Of a DNA stretch of 64,000 nt, positions 53,163-62,856 are shown piece after piece. A program made the position numbers and the translations under genes. The stretch is from an uncultured Acidobacteriota bacterium (lineage in GTDB: Bacteria; Acidobacteriota; UBA6911; RPQK01; JAPXNP01). Under the pieces are notes generated by a model, which made no database searches, was not told the DNA's origin, and saw nothing but the letters and a program-made list of their open reading frames with translations. Each line of letters opens with the position of its first letter. Positions within the stretch are counted from its first letter, which is position 1. The stretch covers positions 503,685 to 567,684 of the forward strand of contig CAWGNQ010000006.1 in assembly GCA_963823995.1 (NCBI GenBank). Reading direction: 5' to 3'.

Positions 53163-54982
53163 AATTCGAAACTGATGAGGATTCCGATCGGGCGCGACAA
53201 GGACTCGCCGGCCATGTGGCGTCGAACGAGAGCGGTCAGGGACTCCGGAACGAAATAGCCCCTCTCCAGCGCGCGATCGCTCAGGAGCAGTTCTTCTGCC
53301 CAGGGTCGCAAAACGGTGCGAAGCCACTGATCATAGTCGGCGTACGGGCGGGCACGGGGTGAGGCGACTCCGGAAATGCCGGCGGCCCGGAGCCTCCAGC
53401 GCAACTGCCTGACGAAGCGGAGCCCCAGACTCTGGAAGCAATCCGCTAGCGGAAGGCCGTCCTCCGTCGTTGGCACTTTGGCCAGGGCGGGGTGGCAGTC
53501 GACGAGAAAGGCTTTGATCAACGAGCGGTTCCAGCGGACTCCCGGCGGCAGGTTCAGGACATAGTCGACCAGGTCGTTGTCGCAAAAGGGCGTCCGCACG
53601 AGAGTTCGGCTTCGGACCAGCTGTACACCGTGTAGGATGAATCGACGTTGGCGCTGGAGCAGATCGAAGTGATTCTGCCGATTCGCGGTCAGGCTCGATG
53701 AAGACCGGCCGAGACTCTTCTTGAATCCCTCGTACAGAGGGTGTTCGATTTCCCTGAGAACTCCTGGAGCGAGCAGCGTCTTCTGCTCTTCCTCTCCAAA
53801 CAGGGTGACCGTCTCGTGGAAGAGTTGGGTCGCAGATGTTTCCGGGTCGCTGCCGTTCCAGAGCCCAAGATGAAGGTGGCCACCCAGCAGGGCGTCACCG
53901 AGGAAACCCTTGAACAGAATTCGAACTCTCTCCGCCTGCCGGTCCAGATTCGCCAGGGCGTGCATGTGGACGACGCTCTCCATGCCGTCGGTCAAAATCA
54001 CTCCCTGTTCCGCACTGTGCTTGAGGTAAGTAGGATCCAGGACGTGAAAATGGTGGGCATTGCCGTTCAAACGGGCCAGACGCCGAGCCAACCGGGCATC
54101 GTCGCAGCCGGGTTGACCAAAAGTAAAGCTGACCTGATTCGCGGGATCGGCGACGTCGGAAAGAAGTGCCAAAAGCACCCGTGAATCGAGACCTCCGCTC
54201 AGCAGGATGCCGCTCTCCTCACTCCTGTCCTGTGCCTGCCGCCGCATCGCCTGTCGGAGCAGGTCCGTCAAATCGGAGACACACTCCTCCCACGAACCTG
54301 GCAGCCGGTCCTCACGGAATTGAAGGTCGAAGTAGCGGTGGACCTGGATCTGGTCGCGTTCGAAAACGACCAGCGAACCCGGAGGCACGAGTCGGATGCC
54401 GGACACGAGGGTCCGTTCGTCGAGCACGAACTCGAAGGAGAGCAGCTGGCTGAGCGCCGTGGCATCTACTCGGGGTTCGAGGGAGCGGTCGGCAAGCAGA
54501 GAGCGAATTCCGGCGCCAAAGAGGAAGCGGTCTGGCGTCAGTGCGTAGTAGAGCGGCAACGTTCCGAGCCGATCACAGGCCAGAATCAGGCGTGCCGTCC
54601 GGGCGTCCCATACGGCAGCCGCGAAAGCTCCGTTCAGCTGCTCGGCAAAGAAGAGGCCCGATTCCTCATAAAGATGGGGGACGAGGCCGAGCGGGTCGTC
54701 TGTTGCCGGTTCGTGTCCGGTCCGGACGAGTCTCCGACGGATCGCCTGGACATCGAAGATCTCACCCTCCACGACCGCACAGATACTTCGCGCTTCATTC
54801 CAGAAGGGCTGTCGGGGCGTTCCGAGGAAATTCAAACATGTCCGTCCTAGTCCGACTCCTTTTGCGGCGTACACGTCAGTCGAATAGGAGGGCAACTCCG
54901 TCAGCGCCCGGCCCATGCAGTCAAGTAGTCCGGGCTGTCCGGTCGAGGCTGTGCGATCGACGAATCCAAAGAGTCCTGGCAT
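53120..54982 (-). CDS. asnB: Asparagine synthetase (glutamine-hydrolysing), AsnB-like, embedded in a polysaccharide locus
   Basis: N-terminal Ntn glutaminase (MPGLFGF...C at position 2 after Met removal...). ILLSGGLDSRVLLALL PP-loop. 620 aa. Confidence 0.75.
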   Translation of the reverse strand: MPGLFGFVDRTASTGQPGLLDCMGRALTELPSYSTDVYAAKGVGLGRTCLNFLGTPRQPFWNEARSICAVVEGEIFDVQAIRRRLVRTGHEPATDDPLGLVPHLYEESGLFFAEQLNGAFAAAVWDARTARLILACDRLGTLPLYYALTPDRFLFGAGIRSLLADRSLEPRVDATALSQLLSFEFVLDERTLVSGIRLVPPGSLVVFERDQIQVHRYFDLQFREDRLPGSWEECVSDLTDLLRQAMRRQAQDRSEESGILLSGGLDSRVLLALLSDVADPANQVSFTFGQPGCDDARLARRLARLNGNAHHFHVLDPTYLKHSAEQGVILTDGMESVVHMHALANLDRQAERVRILFKGFLGDALLGGHLHLGLWNGSDPETSATQLFHETVTLFGEEEQKTLLAPGVLREIEHPLYEGFKKSLGRSSSSLTANRQNHFDLLQRQRRFILHGVQLVRSRTLVRTPFCDNDLVDYVLNLPPGVRWNRSLIKAFLVDCHPALAKVPTTEDGLPLADCFQSLGLRFVRQLRWRLRAAGISGVASPRARPYADYDQWLRTVLRPWAEELLLSDRALERGYFVPESLTALVRRHMAGESLSRPIGILISFELWNRLFVDREAARC

Positions 54983-54989
54983 GAGTCGT

Positions 54990-56393
54990 TCAGAAGATCC
55001 GTTTCAGCAGGGATCGTCGCAGCAGTGAGTGCAGGCCCCGGTTGAGGATCTGGCCGGGTTGATACCATACGCCGCGCAGGGCGGCAGACGCTACTTCACG
55101 GCTCTGACCCTTGTGGTGAAGCGAAAAGGCTCTGTTGATCAAACAGAGTCCACGCAGCCGGCGGACGAAGGGCCGCCCGAGTACGAGGGTGAGAGACGGA
55201 TCGAGAGCCCTCAGCACCCCGTCGGCAGACTTCGCTCCGAATTCCGATTCGTAGATCGAGATCTGATCCGCCAGCTCATGTAACAAGTCCGGCGGCTCCT
55301 GCGTCCACCGATAGTCCCGGGCTTTCGAGGCGTATGCTTGGCCCGCCTCCAGGCGGCCCCAGAACAGAGCTCGGATCATTTTGACCAGAAATCCATAAGC
55401 GATCGCCCTTTCGGCCTGCTTCCGAAGACTTCGTTGGCTCTCCGGGAGCTGTTCGAACATGCTGGACATGATCGCAACATGATCAGCGCTGTCGTCGGCA
55501 ATCGCCAGAGAAAGGAACATGTTCACGAGCTCGCAAGGATTACCCTCGACGACACCCGCCCTCAGGCGCACGGCATCCTCCAGGAACTGCCTGCCCTCCT
55601 GTGTTCGATGCTGCACGAAGGCATGGAAGGCGAGGACCATCGCCTGGTGGGCCATGCCGGCGTCGCGCGCCTCCGCGGATCCTTCGGGACACCTCGGGTC
55701 GGCTGTGAGCCGGGCGAGTGTGGCGTTGGCTTCCTCGAACCGTTCCCGGAGGTTCTTGCGGTATCGGTTCGAATGATGCCGCCTGTAGTTCAGGATTCGA
55801 TCGACACTGGCAAATCGGCACCCGGCCAGCGCCAGGCGGGCAGGGAACTCCAGGTCCTCGCTCCCGTTCACGCACGCCTCGTCGAACAGATCGACGGCCA
55901 CGGCCCAGTTCCGGCGCATCACCATATCGCTCGGAGCAAACGGAAATCCAGCCAGGAAATCGAGGAATCCGACCGAAAGGGGTGGGCGACTGAGGTTTCT
56001 GATTGTGTCCGAGGAATAGTTCAGCTCGTAACGGCCGTTGTAGGTGACTCCGACCTCCGGGTGCTCGTTCAGGAAGGCCGCGTGCGTCGCGAGCTTCTCC
56101 GGGTGGAAATAGTCGTCGGCATCGAGGAAAGCAATCCAGTCTCCATTGGAGTAACGAATTCCGGTGTTACGGGTGGCCGGAAGCCCCCTGTTCTCAGGAT
56201 GTTCCACGAGATGGATGCGGGGATCCGAGAACATGTCGACGACATGCGAAGTACTATCGGGAGAAGCGTCGTTGACGACGACGATCTCCAATTTGCCAAA
56301 AGTCTGGTTCAGGACGCTTCGAATCGCGTCGGCAAGGAATTCCGCTTGGTTGTAGGCGGGGATGACGATGCTGAAAGCCGGGGAATGCTCCAT
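54990..56393 (-). CDS. GT2-family glycosyltransferase with a C-terminal extension
   Basis: FSIVIPAYNQAEFLADAIRSVLNQTF, VVNDASPD and the DxD-like FLDADD. Confidence 0.8.
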   Translation of the reverse strand: MEHSPAFSIVIPAYNQAEFLADAIRSVLNQTFGKLEIVVVNDASPDSTSHVVDMFSDPRIHLVEHPENRGLPATRNTGIRYSNGDWIAFLDADDYFHPEKLATHAAFLNEHPEVGVTYNGRYELNYSSDTIRNLSRPPLSVGFLDFLAGFPFAPSDMVMRRNWAVAVDLFDEACVNGSEDLEFPARLALAGCRFASVDRILNYRRHHSNRYRKNLRERFEEANATLARLTADPRCPEGSAEARDAGMAHQAMVLAFHAFVQHRTQEGRQFLEDAVRLRAGVVEGNPCELVNMFLSLAIADDSADHVAIMSSMFEQLPESQRSLRKQAERAIAYGFLVKMIRALFWGRLEAGQAYASKARDYRWTQEPPDLLHELADQISIYESEFGAKSADGVLRALDPSLTLVLGRPFVRRLRGLCLINRAFSLHHKGQSREVASAALRGVWYQPGQILNRGLHSLLRRSLLKRIF

Positions 56394-56396
56394 GAT

Positions 56397-57245
56397 TCAG
56401 ACGATGTCGGCGAAAAGATGCTCGACCTTCCGAAACAATCCGTAGCCGGCGATGAAGATCACGACGGAGAGCACCAGCGAGACCATGAATGACGACCCAG
56501 GGAGAACTCCTGAGATGAGCACATCTCGATAGGCCTGAAGGATGCCGACCATCGGGTTCAGTAGATAGAAGCGCCGGTAAGGTTCGGGCACCATCGTCAC
56601 GGGATAGATGATCGGCGAGGCGTAGAACCAGATCTGAATGCCGAGCGCCAGCAACGATTTCACGTCGCGATAGAAGACATTGAGCGCTGAACAAGTCAGC
56701 CCGATTCCAGCGATCAGCAGGAGCTGGACGATCAGAATCAAAGGCAGAAACAGCCATGGGATCGTGAAGATCGGAAGCTGGTAGACGATCAGCAGGACTA
56801 CGAAGACCACGGCCGCGACGAAGAAGTCGGTAAATCTGGCCAGCATGGCCGCGATCGGCAGTACTTCGCGCGGAAGATAGATTTTCGTGATCAGGTTCAT
56901 GTTGAGCACCAACGAGTCCGCCATGTCCTGAAGCGAGTTCGAAAGCAGTGTCCAAGGAATGACGCCCACGAAGGAGAAGAGGATGTAGGGTGTGTCGCCG
57001 GTATTGACTCGAACGAACCGGGTAAACACGATCGTCAGAATAATCACCGAGACGGCCGGCTGAATGACGGCCCAAAGCCAACCAAGCAACGATTGCTGGT
57101 ACCTGCCACGGATCGTCCGACCTGTCCAGGCCCAAAGCAGTTCCTTGGACTTCAGTAACCGGGTCAAGGTAGCCGACTCCTGGGTCTGCACGAAGGTTCC
57201 CGGTAAATCAGCCTCTTTCATGTTTCCATTCCCGATTGGGCTCAA
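56397..57245 (-). CDS. wzm: ABC-2 type polysaccharide exporter permease (Wzm/KpsM/TagG family)
   Basis: 6 TM helices. The N-terminal LKSKELLWAWTGRTIRGRYQQSLLGWLWAVIQP is characteristic of Wzm. Confidence 0.75.
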   Translation of the reverse strand: MSPIGNGNMKEADLPGTFVQTQESATLTRLLKSKELLWAWTGRTIRGRYQQSLLGWLWAVIQPAVSVIILTIVFTRFVRVNTGDTPYILFSFVGVIPWTLLSNSLQDMADSLVLNMNLITKIYLPREVLPIAAMLARFTDFFVAAVVFVVLLIVYQLPIFTIPWLFLPLILIVQLLLIAGIGLTCSALNVFYRDVKSLLALGIQIWFYASPIIYPVTMVPEPYRRFYLLNPMVGILQAYRDVLISGVLPGSSFMVSLVLSVVIFIAGYGLFRKVEHLFADIV

Positions 57246-58416
57246 AAACCCCGTTCATCTCCTGATGACTCAGAACAGAACCTGCGACGTAGAAGAGCGG
57301 CGAAGTCGCAGAGTGCAGACCGAACGAGTCGCTTTCGTCCCGCGCAATCACCTGAGCGTAATAGGCCCCTCCATACAACTGGATGGGATCCAGGCGTAAG
57401 GTTACGATCCCTTCCCCACGTTGCAGGGCAAAAGACAGGTCATCCAGTCGGGAACGGATCATGCAACAGGTTAATCCATCCGATCGTAGGATTCGGACGA
57501 CCAGCTGCACGACCGTGTCCGCAAAGGCAATGTAGTGGATCTGAAGCACGGCAGGTTTGGATGAGGACAAACCGACGTGGTCGGGGGCCGGCAAAACTTC
57601 GACCCGTGAAATCTCGACCTCTTTGTCGTCGAACTCCACCTCATCGATCTCGAGCTTGCGAGCTCGCTCATGCTGAATGTCGCGGTCATATCGCTCGATG
57701 ACTTCCGCTGCCCGACCCTGAAGGACCAGGCGACCTTTCTGGATGTAAATGGCGGATTCACAGACCGACTGAACCAGCCAAAGGTTGTGAGAAACGAAGA
57801 TGATGCTCGTTCCTTTAGCCAGCAATTCGGCAATCCTGTCCATGCAGCGCTTTCGAAAAGTCGCGTCCCCGACGGCCAGCACCTCGTCGACCAGGAGAAT
57901 CTCAGGTTCGATGCAGGCGGCGACGGAGAATCCGAGACGCACTGCCATTCCCGAGGAATAGCGTTTCACGGGTGTGTCGATGAAGTCCTCGAGCTCAGAA
58001 AAGGCGACGATTTCATCGAAGCGTCTTCGAATCTCGCTTCGGGGCAGGCCCAGGATCGCTCCGTTCAAGAAGATGTTCTCGCGACCCGTAAGATCGGGGT
58101 GGAATCCTGCCCCCAGTTCGATCAACGCGGAGAGCCGGCCATGGATGCTGATCGTTCCCGAGGTCGGTCGAGTGATCTTGGCCAACAGCTTCAGGATAGT
58201 CGTCTTTCCGGCGCCATTCGGACCCACCAGTGCAAGGGACTGTCCCCGGTTGAGATCGAACGACACATCCCGAACCGCCCAAAGCTCTTGACGGGCTGTC
58301 GTCCCGTCCCTTCTCACCAATTTTCTGAGTGAGTTGGAAACGAGCGTCGGGAGACTCGTCCGGCTCAAGCCGAGGCGGTATCGTTTGAAAACTGCCCTGA
58401 ACTGAACCGTCTTCAC
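57208..58416 (-). CDS. wzt: ABC polysaccharide exporter ATPase with a C-terminal carbohydrate-binding domain (Wzt type)
   Basis: The start is set at GTG 58416, which overlaps the upstream stop as GTGA. Walker A GPNGAGKTT; signature LSGGM-like YSSGMAVRL; Walker B ILLVDEVLAVGD. A C-terminal ~150 aa beta-sandwich (Wzt_C-like) is present. Confidence 0.75.
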   Translation of the reverse strand: MKTVQFRAVFKRYRLGLSRTSLPTLVSNSLRKLVRRDGTTARQELWAVRDVSFDLNRGQSLALVGPNGAGKTTILKLLAKITRPTSGTISIHGRLSALIELGAGFHPDLTGRENIFLNGAILGLPRSEIRRRFDEIVAFSELEDFIDTPVKRYSSGMAVRLGFSVAACIEPEILLVDEVLAVGDATFRKRCMDRIAELLAKGTSIIFVSHNLWLVQSVCESAIYIQKGRLVLQGRAAEVIERYDRDIQHERARKLEIDEVEFDDKEVEISRVEVLPAPDHVGLSSSKPAVLQIHYIAFADTVVQLVVRILRSDGLTCCMIRSRLDDLSFALQRGEGIVTLRLDPIQLYGGAYYAQVIARDESDSFGLHSATSPLFYVAGSVLSHQEMNGVFEPNREWKHERG

Positions 58417-59285
58417 CAGAGCGTTTTCCTTGCGCGGCCCGGCACATCGACGAGGGCCGCAGACTCCTGGTAGACTCGCTCGCACCTACGCTCGACGATT
58501 CTCTGCTCTCGTCGGGTCAGGGCATTTCTCTTGCCGACGCTCCGGGTGTGAATGTACTCCCCATATTCTGGCTTGTAGCGCAATCTCGCAAACCGATAGA
58601 GGAACGGAAGGAGCGTCTCCTTTTCGGTGACGAGTGCATCATAGTCGACGACCAGGATATTCTCCCTGCCGAGGGCCTTCCTGAGGATCGAGAGTTGTGC
58701 CAGTTTCCAGCTGTATAAGGCACATGCCTTCTCGAGGGACTCGATCCGGGCGCCCCCGATCGTCCTGTAAAACCGGCCCCTCAGACCGGCCATTCCAGGG
58801 AGCACCGCTTGCTCGAAGGTACGATTCAGAGCTTCCGAGGGCCAGTTGTAGGCGAGCGAGAAAACTGTTGAATACGGATTCCGCAGAACCCAGATCATCT
58901 GGAAATCGCCCTTGTACTGCAGGTACTCAGGGTATGACTCGTCGACATACGTGGTTTGAAAACAGTAACGCCCCGATGCATCGGATTCGGCCATGCCGGC
59001 AAGGAGCAAGGCTCCGGAAAGTTCATCATCTCCTTCAACCCAGTGGGGAGTCATCCCCTCACTCTGGTTGAAGAGTCGGGCCAGCATCGTGGTCCCGGAC
59101 CGTTGGCATCCCGTGATCAGAAGAGCGTTTCGAAATTCCGGCAGCCGTTTCAGGAGATTCTTTGGCCGAGATCCGACGGCGGAGCGAAACTGCCGCCAAC
59201 TCGCGATCCGAGGTTGCTCCGCCTCCCTGTGGCTCGTGGGTGCTGTCGCTTTCATTTCCACGTTCAATTTCGGGATACTCCGCAA
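58413..59285 (-). CDS. Sulfotransferase-family protein (PAPS-dependent)
   Basis: LLITGCQRSGTTMLARL is a 5-prime-PSB-like P-loop. Size and context fit a polysaccharide sulfotransferase. The start could be the internal M at 59255. Confidence 0.6.
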   Translation of the reverse strand: MRSIPKLNVEMKATAPTSHREAEQPRIASWRQFRSAVGSRPKNLLKRLPEFRNALLITGCQRSGTTMLARLFNQSEGMTPHWVEGDDELSGALLLAGMAESDASGRYCFQTTYVDESYPEYLQYKGDFQMIWVLRNPYSTVFSLAYNWPSEALNRTFEQAVLPGMAGLRGRFYRTIGGARIESLEKACALYSWKLAQLSILRKALGRENILVVDYDALVTEKETLLPFLYRFARLRYKPEYGEYIHTRSVGKRNALTRREQRIVERRCERVYQESAALVDVPGRARKTLW

Positions 59286-59369
59286 GCGCCCCGGCTTCCT
59301 TCTTCAATTACTTTGCGATAATACCGTTTGACGCCGACCGGTCTTCACTCCGAAACGAACTTCACCCGC

Positions 59370-60428
59370 TCAGGAGCGATGCCGCACAGATCCGGACTTC
59401 TCAGCTTCATACAGAGCGGTCATAATTCGTTCAATGCTGCGACGAAAAGTTACACGGTTCACCATCAACTCGTAGGCTCTCTCGACGAACTCCTGGCGCT
59501 CCGTTTCATGCTCGAGGTAGTGGAGAATGGAGCTTGGAATCTGGTCCGGAGAAACCGAAATGTAGTGGACATTCGGCTGATAATCGGTACAGTGTTCCTG
59601 AAGGGGTTCCGAAACAACCAGCGATCGATTTGACATGGCCATCGCGAGCCGCGACATGTTGTCGTCGTACCAGGTTCGGGTGATGTTTAGGGTAATCGTC
59701 GAGCGGTTCAAGAGCACCGTTCGGTCGTGTCCGAAGGCGTACGGATTCTCTTCGTTGTCCGCCACATGCATACGGACGCCCTCCTTCTCGATTTCCGACC
59801 GAACTCGATCCAAGAGTCGGCTTCGTCTGCCCGAACCCCTCTTCCCGATCCAGAGCACATCGATATCCCTCTCCAATTGAAGGTCGTCGTACCAGTCAGG
59901 AATACTGCCCCAGGGAGCCGCCACCACGGGGATGCCGCGCGCTCTGTGGAGTCGTGCATACACCTCGGATGCGTCGGCGAGGACGTGTAGCAGTCCCTTT
60001 TGCCAGGCGTAGTGGTAGTCTCCGACATACCGAAATCGAAGCAATCGACGGTCGAGAAAAGAACCGGCAACACGCTTGAGACCGTTGTGTCTTCTGACGA
60101 TCCTCCCGACTCCGGATCTCATAGAAGCGAGGAACATGGTCAACGGGAGAGGAATCCGCAGATCGGGAAAGCCTTCCAGGTTCCACTGGATCGTGACAGG
60201 AGGTGGTGATTTGCCGGCTGCTTCTTCGAGACGTGGAAGCAGATCGCCGTATGGCGCAAATAGAAAGACGACGTCCACCCCCTCCGGGACCGGATCCTGG
60301 GGTCCGAAGTAGATCACAGTGTGGCCCAGCGACGTTAGTGCCGAGCCGATCGCGCGGGCGCACTCGTCGCTCGGAGCAGACCATTCCACGACCGCGACCC
60401 GCCGACTGGGCTCGGTTGGCTTGCCCAT
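59370..60428 (-). CDS. CgeB-like / GT1-fold putative glycosyltransferase
   Basis: The start is set at ATG 60428 with a GGAGGTGG Shine-Dalgarno 9 nt upstream. DIDVLWIGKRGSGRRSRLL...LNRSTITLNITR resembles DUF3880/CgeB-type GT domains. Weak assignment. Confidence 0.4.
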   Translation of the reverse strand: MGKPTEPSRRVAVVEWSAPSDECARAIGSALTSLGHTVIYFGPQDPVPEGVDVVFLFAPYGDLLPRLEEAAGKSPPPVTIQWNLEGFPDLRIPLPLTMFLASMRSGVGRIVRRHNGLKRVAGSFLDRRLLRFRYVGDYHYAWQKGLLHVLADASEVYARLHRARGIPVVAAPWGSIPDWYDDLQLERDIDVLWIGKRGSGRRSRLLDRVRSEIEKEGVRMHVADNEENPYAFGHDRTVLLNRSTITLNITRTWYDDNMSRLAMAMSNRSLVVSEPLQEHCTDYQPNVHYISVSPDQIPSSILHYLEHETERQEFVERAYELMVNRVTFRRSIERIMTALYEAEKSGSVRHRS

Positions 60429-60459
60429 GTTTACGCCACCTCCTGACGTGGAGTATAAG

Positions 60460-61788
60460 TCATTGGTCAATTCCGACCATGTGCCAGAGGCCTGCTCTCA
60501 CTCTAGCTCTTAGCCGGAACTCCAAACGCTTCCGCCAGGGATCCTCATGACCGGCTCGATCGGGGGCCGGTTGCGGATCGGCGGCCCAGGAAAGGGCTTC
60601 CCTCGTCGTCTCCTCGAAGGAGAGCTTCGTTCTGGCGATCTCCTGGGCAGTGGACTTCATTCGTAGCCTCAATGCTTCGTCACGTGACGATTTCAGAATC
60701 GCCTCGCCCAATCCCTGCCAGTCGCCCACCTCGAAGCACAGGCCCGCTCCCCATGAACTTAAGAGATTGCTCAGTTCCGAACCGGTGCTGGACAAGACGG
60801 GTAAACCGGCCCCGATCATTTCCACTAATCGAGTTCTTGTACCGTAGATCGTTTCGTAATGCATGGCATCGATGTTGAGCCCCAGATCGCTCAGAAGATA
60901 AAAGTCGGCCACCTTCTGCCACGGTTGCCAACCCACGAGATGAAAATGGTCCCGGTGCGAAGATGCTGCGATCATGTTCTGTAGTTCCGAGTAGACTGTC
61001 TGTGGCGCTTCGTATGTGCTCTCCCCCACGGAAACGTAGTGGACGCGCGGGTTTCTCCGCATCGCGAATTCCATTCCGCGAAACAGTGTCTCAACGTCAG
61101 TCCAGGTGTTGTACCCACCGCACCAGAGAACCAGGAAATCGTCAGGCGATATATTCAGCTTGTCTCCCCACGTCCATTTCGGTTCTTCCTGTTGTCGGCC
61201 CGGGGAAGGTGCCGACCCGGGAAGAATGACCCGCGAAAACTCATAACCGAAGTTCTCCCGAGTCAGGCGCCCGGCCATGGCCATCTCTCCGACCAGCATG
61301 TGCTTCTGCGGGACACCGCAGACCGAAAAGAGATCCCCGCTCCGAAGAACTTCCTTCATGAAGGCAACCGAAGTGGTCATTCCCCGGTTCGACTGCTTCC
61401 GGAAGCAGTAGGCCTGCTGGATGGTGAGCATATCGCCATAGATATCCATCCACCGGGGCCGATCGGTCCGAAGCTTGGTCGAGTAGAGGCAATGCGAAAA
61501 GTTGATGGAGAAGATGCAGTCGGGTCCGACACGGTCATGAGCCCTCTGGAGTTCTCCGGCCCAGCCCTGTCGTCCAAAGGGAATCGAGATACAGCGGACG
61601 TTCGGCCATGGAAGTCGGTTCGTCGCGAGAACGAGTTCCTGACCGTGGATTCCGGCACAGAATTCGATCTCATGTCCGGCGAGGGCGAGTGGCTCGAGGA
61701 ATTGCCAGGTACGGTAGTGACCGGCGTCGATGCGCTGATCGCCGAGCAGATGAGGCGTCGGATAACCGATCAACAGTATTTTCGCCAC
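60460..61788 (-). CDS. GT1/GT4-family glycosyltransferase (442 aa)
   Basis: MAKILLIGYPTP... The C-terminal domain ETIYGTRTRLVEMIGAGLPVLSSTGSELSNLL is a GT-B nucleotide-binding region. Confidence 0.6.
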   Translation of the reverse strand: MAKILLIGYPTPHLLGDQRIDAGHYRTWQFLEPLALAGHEIEFCAGIHGQELVLATNRLPWPNVRCISIPFGRQGWAGELQRAHDRVGPDCIFSINFSHCLYSTKLRTDRPRWMDIYGDMLTIQQAYCFRKQSNRGMTTSVAFMKEVLRSGDLFSVCGVPQKHMLVGEMAMAGRLTRENFGYEFSRVILPGSAPSPGRQQEEPKWTWGDKLNISPDDFLVLWCGGYNTWTDVETLFRGMEFAMRRNPRVHYVSVGESTYEAPQTVYSELQNMIAASSHRDHFHLVGWQPWQKVADFYLLSDLGLNIDAMHYETIYGTRTRLVEMIGAGLPVLSSTGSELSNLLSSWGAGLCFEVGDWQGLGEAILKSSRDEALRLRMKSTAQEIARTKLSFEETTREALSWAADPQPAPDRAGHEDPWRKRLEFRLRARVRAGLWHMVGIDQ

Positions 61789-61818
61789 GTTCTCCTCCGT
61801 CCGGGCAGACGCCGCGGT

Positions 61819-62856
61819 TTACAGGTGTCCGAAGAGGTCGAGGTTCTCCTCGATCCAGTGGTAAAGGCGGGTCACACCTTCCCTGACCGAAATCCGGGGT
61901 CGCCAGTCCAGCTCCCGCTCAGCCTTGCCAATGTCGCTGATGTAGATCGGTTGGTCGCCCGGCCTCCAAGCTGCGTAGGCGACTTCGAGATCATGTCCGA
62001 GCAACTCCTCCAGGAGACTCGAAAACTCCCGCCAGATGCTAATCGTGTTTCCCGCGCCTCCTCCGATATTGTAGATTCGGCCTCGGGCCGTGTCGATCTT
62101 CGAGACGATGGACTCATAGGCATCCAGAAGATCGTCGATGAAGAGCACGTCGCGCACTTGCTTGCCGTTCCCGAAGATGGAGATGGATCGCCGCTTGAGC
62201 GCTGCAATGATGAACCACGCCAGCCACCCCTGATCTTCGACTCCGAACTGTCGGTATCCATAGATACAGCTCTGACGCACGACGACCGTCCTGAGCCCGT
62301 AGATCCTCGCGTAGTCTCTGGTGTACTGGTCTCCGGCCCCCTTGGAGCACCCGTAGGGTGAATGAAAGTCGACAGCCTGAGTCTCCGGAATGCCTCTGGA
62401 CAGATGCTTGAAACGGTATCGGCTTTCTTCTTCGACGACCTCGACCGCGTCGAGCTCTCCGTAGACCTTGTTGGTGCTCGCGTAGATCACGACCGGGTCG
62501 TCTCCGTTCTCGCGAGCGGATTCCAGGACGTTGAACGTGCCGAGGGCATTCGCTTCGAAGTCGAGTCTTGGACTGCAGACCGAGGAGGTGACGGCGACCT
62601 GGCCGGCCAGATGGTACACGCGTGACGCACCCCGCATCGCGTCTCTCAGACGAGGATAATCGGTGATGTCTGCGCGGACGAAGCTCAAAGCGTCGGAAAA
62701 ATGATGTTCCCTCAGCCAGGACACATTGGCTTCACATCCTGATCGAGAGAGGTTGTCGTAAACGACGACTCTATGACCGGACTCCAGCAACCGGTGAACC
62801 AGATTCGAGCCGATGAATCCTGCGCCTCCCGTAATCAAAACCTTTTCTTGCGTCAC
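61819..62856 (-). CDS. NAD-dependent epimerase/dehydratase (extended SDR; CDP-/UDP-sugar epimerase-like)
   Basis: The start is set at GTG 62856 (GGGAGG Shine-Dalgarno; 4-nt overlap with the upstream stop). VLITGGAGFIGSNL (Rossmann fold) and YGCSKGAGDQY (catalytic YxxxK). The listed ORF start at 63255 adds an implausible Arg/Gly-rich 133 aa. Confidence 0.8.
   Translation of the reverse strand: MTQEKVLITGGAGFIGSNLVHRLLESGHRVVVYDNLSRSGCEANVSWLREHHFSDALSFVRADITDYPRLRDAMRGASRVYHLAGQVAVTSSVCSPRLDFEANALGTFNVLESARENGDDPVVIYASTNKVYGELDAVEVVEEESRYRFKHLSRGIPETQAVDFHSPYGCSKGAGDQYTRDYARIYGLRTVVVRQSCIYGYRQFGVEDQGWLAWFIIAALKRRSISIFGNGKQVRDVLFIDDLLDAYESIVSKIDTARGRIYNIGGGAGNTISIWREFSSLLEELLGHDLEVAYAAWRPGDQPIYISDIGKAERELDWRPRISVREGVTRLYHWIEENLDLFGHL

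Noticed and set aside
52131-53327. Full-length listed ORF for the GT4 gene starting at 53327
   Set aside because: The first ~55 codons are Arg-rich and overlap the 3-prime end of asnB by 200 nt. The internal GTG 53162 gives a canonical GT4 N-terminus, so I used the shorter model.
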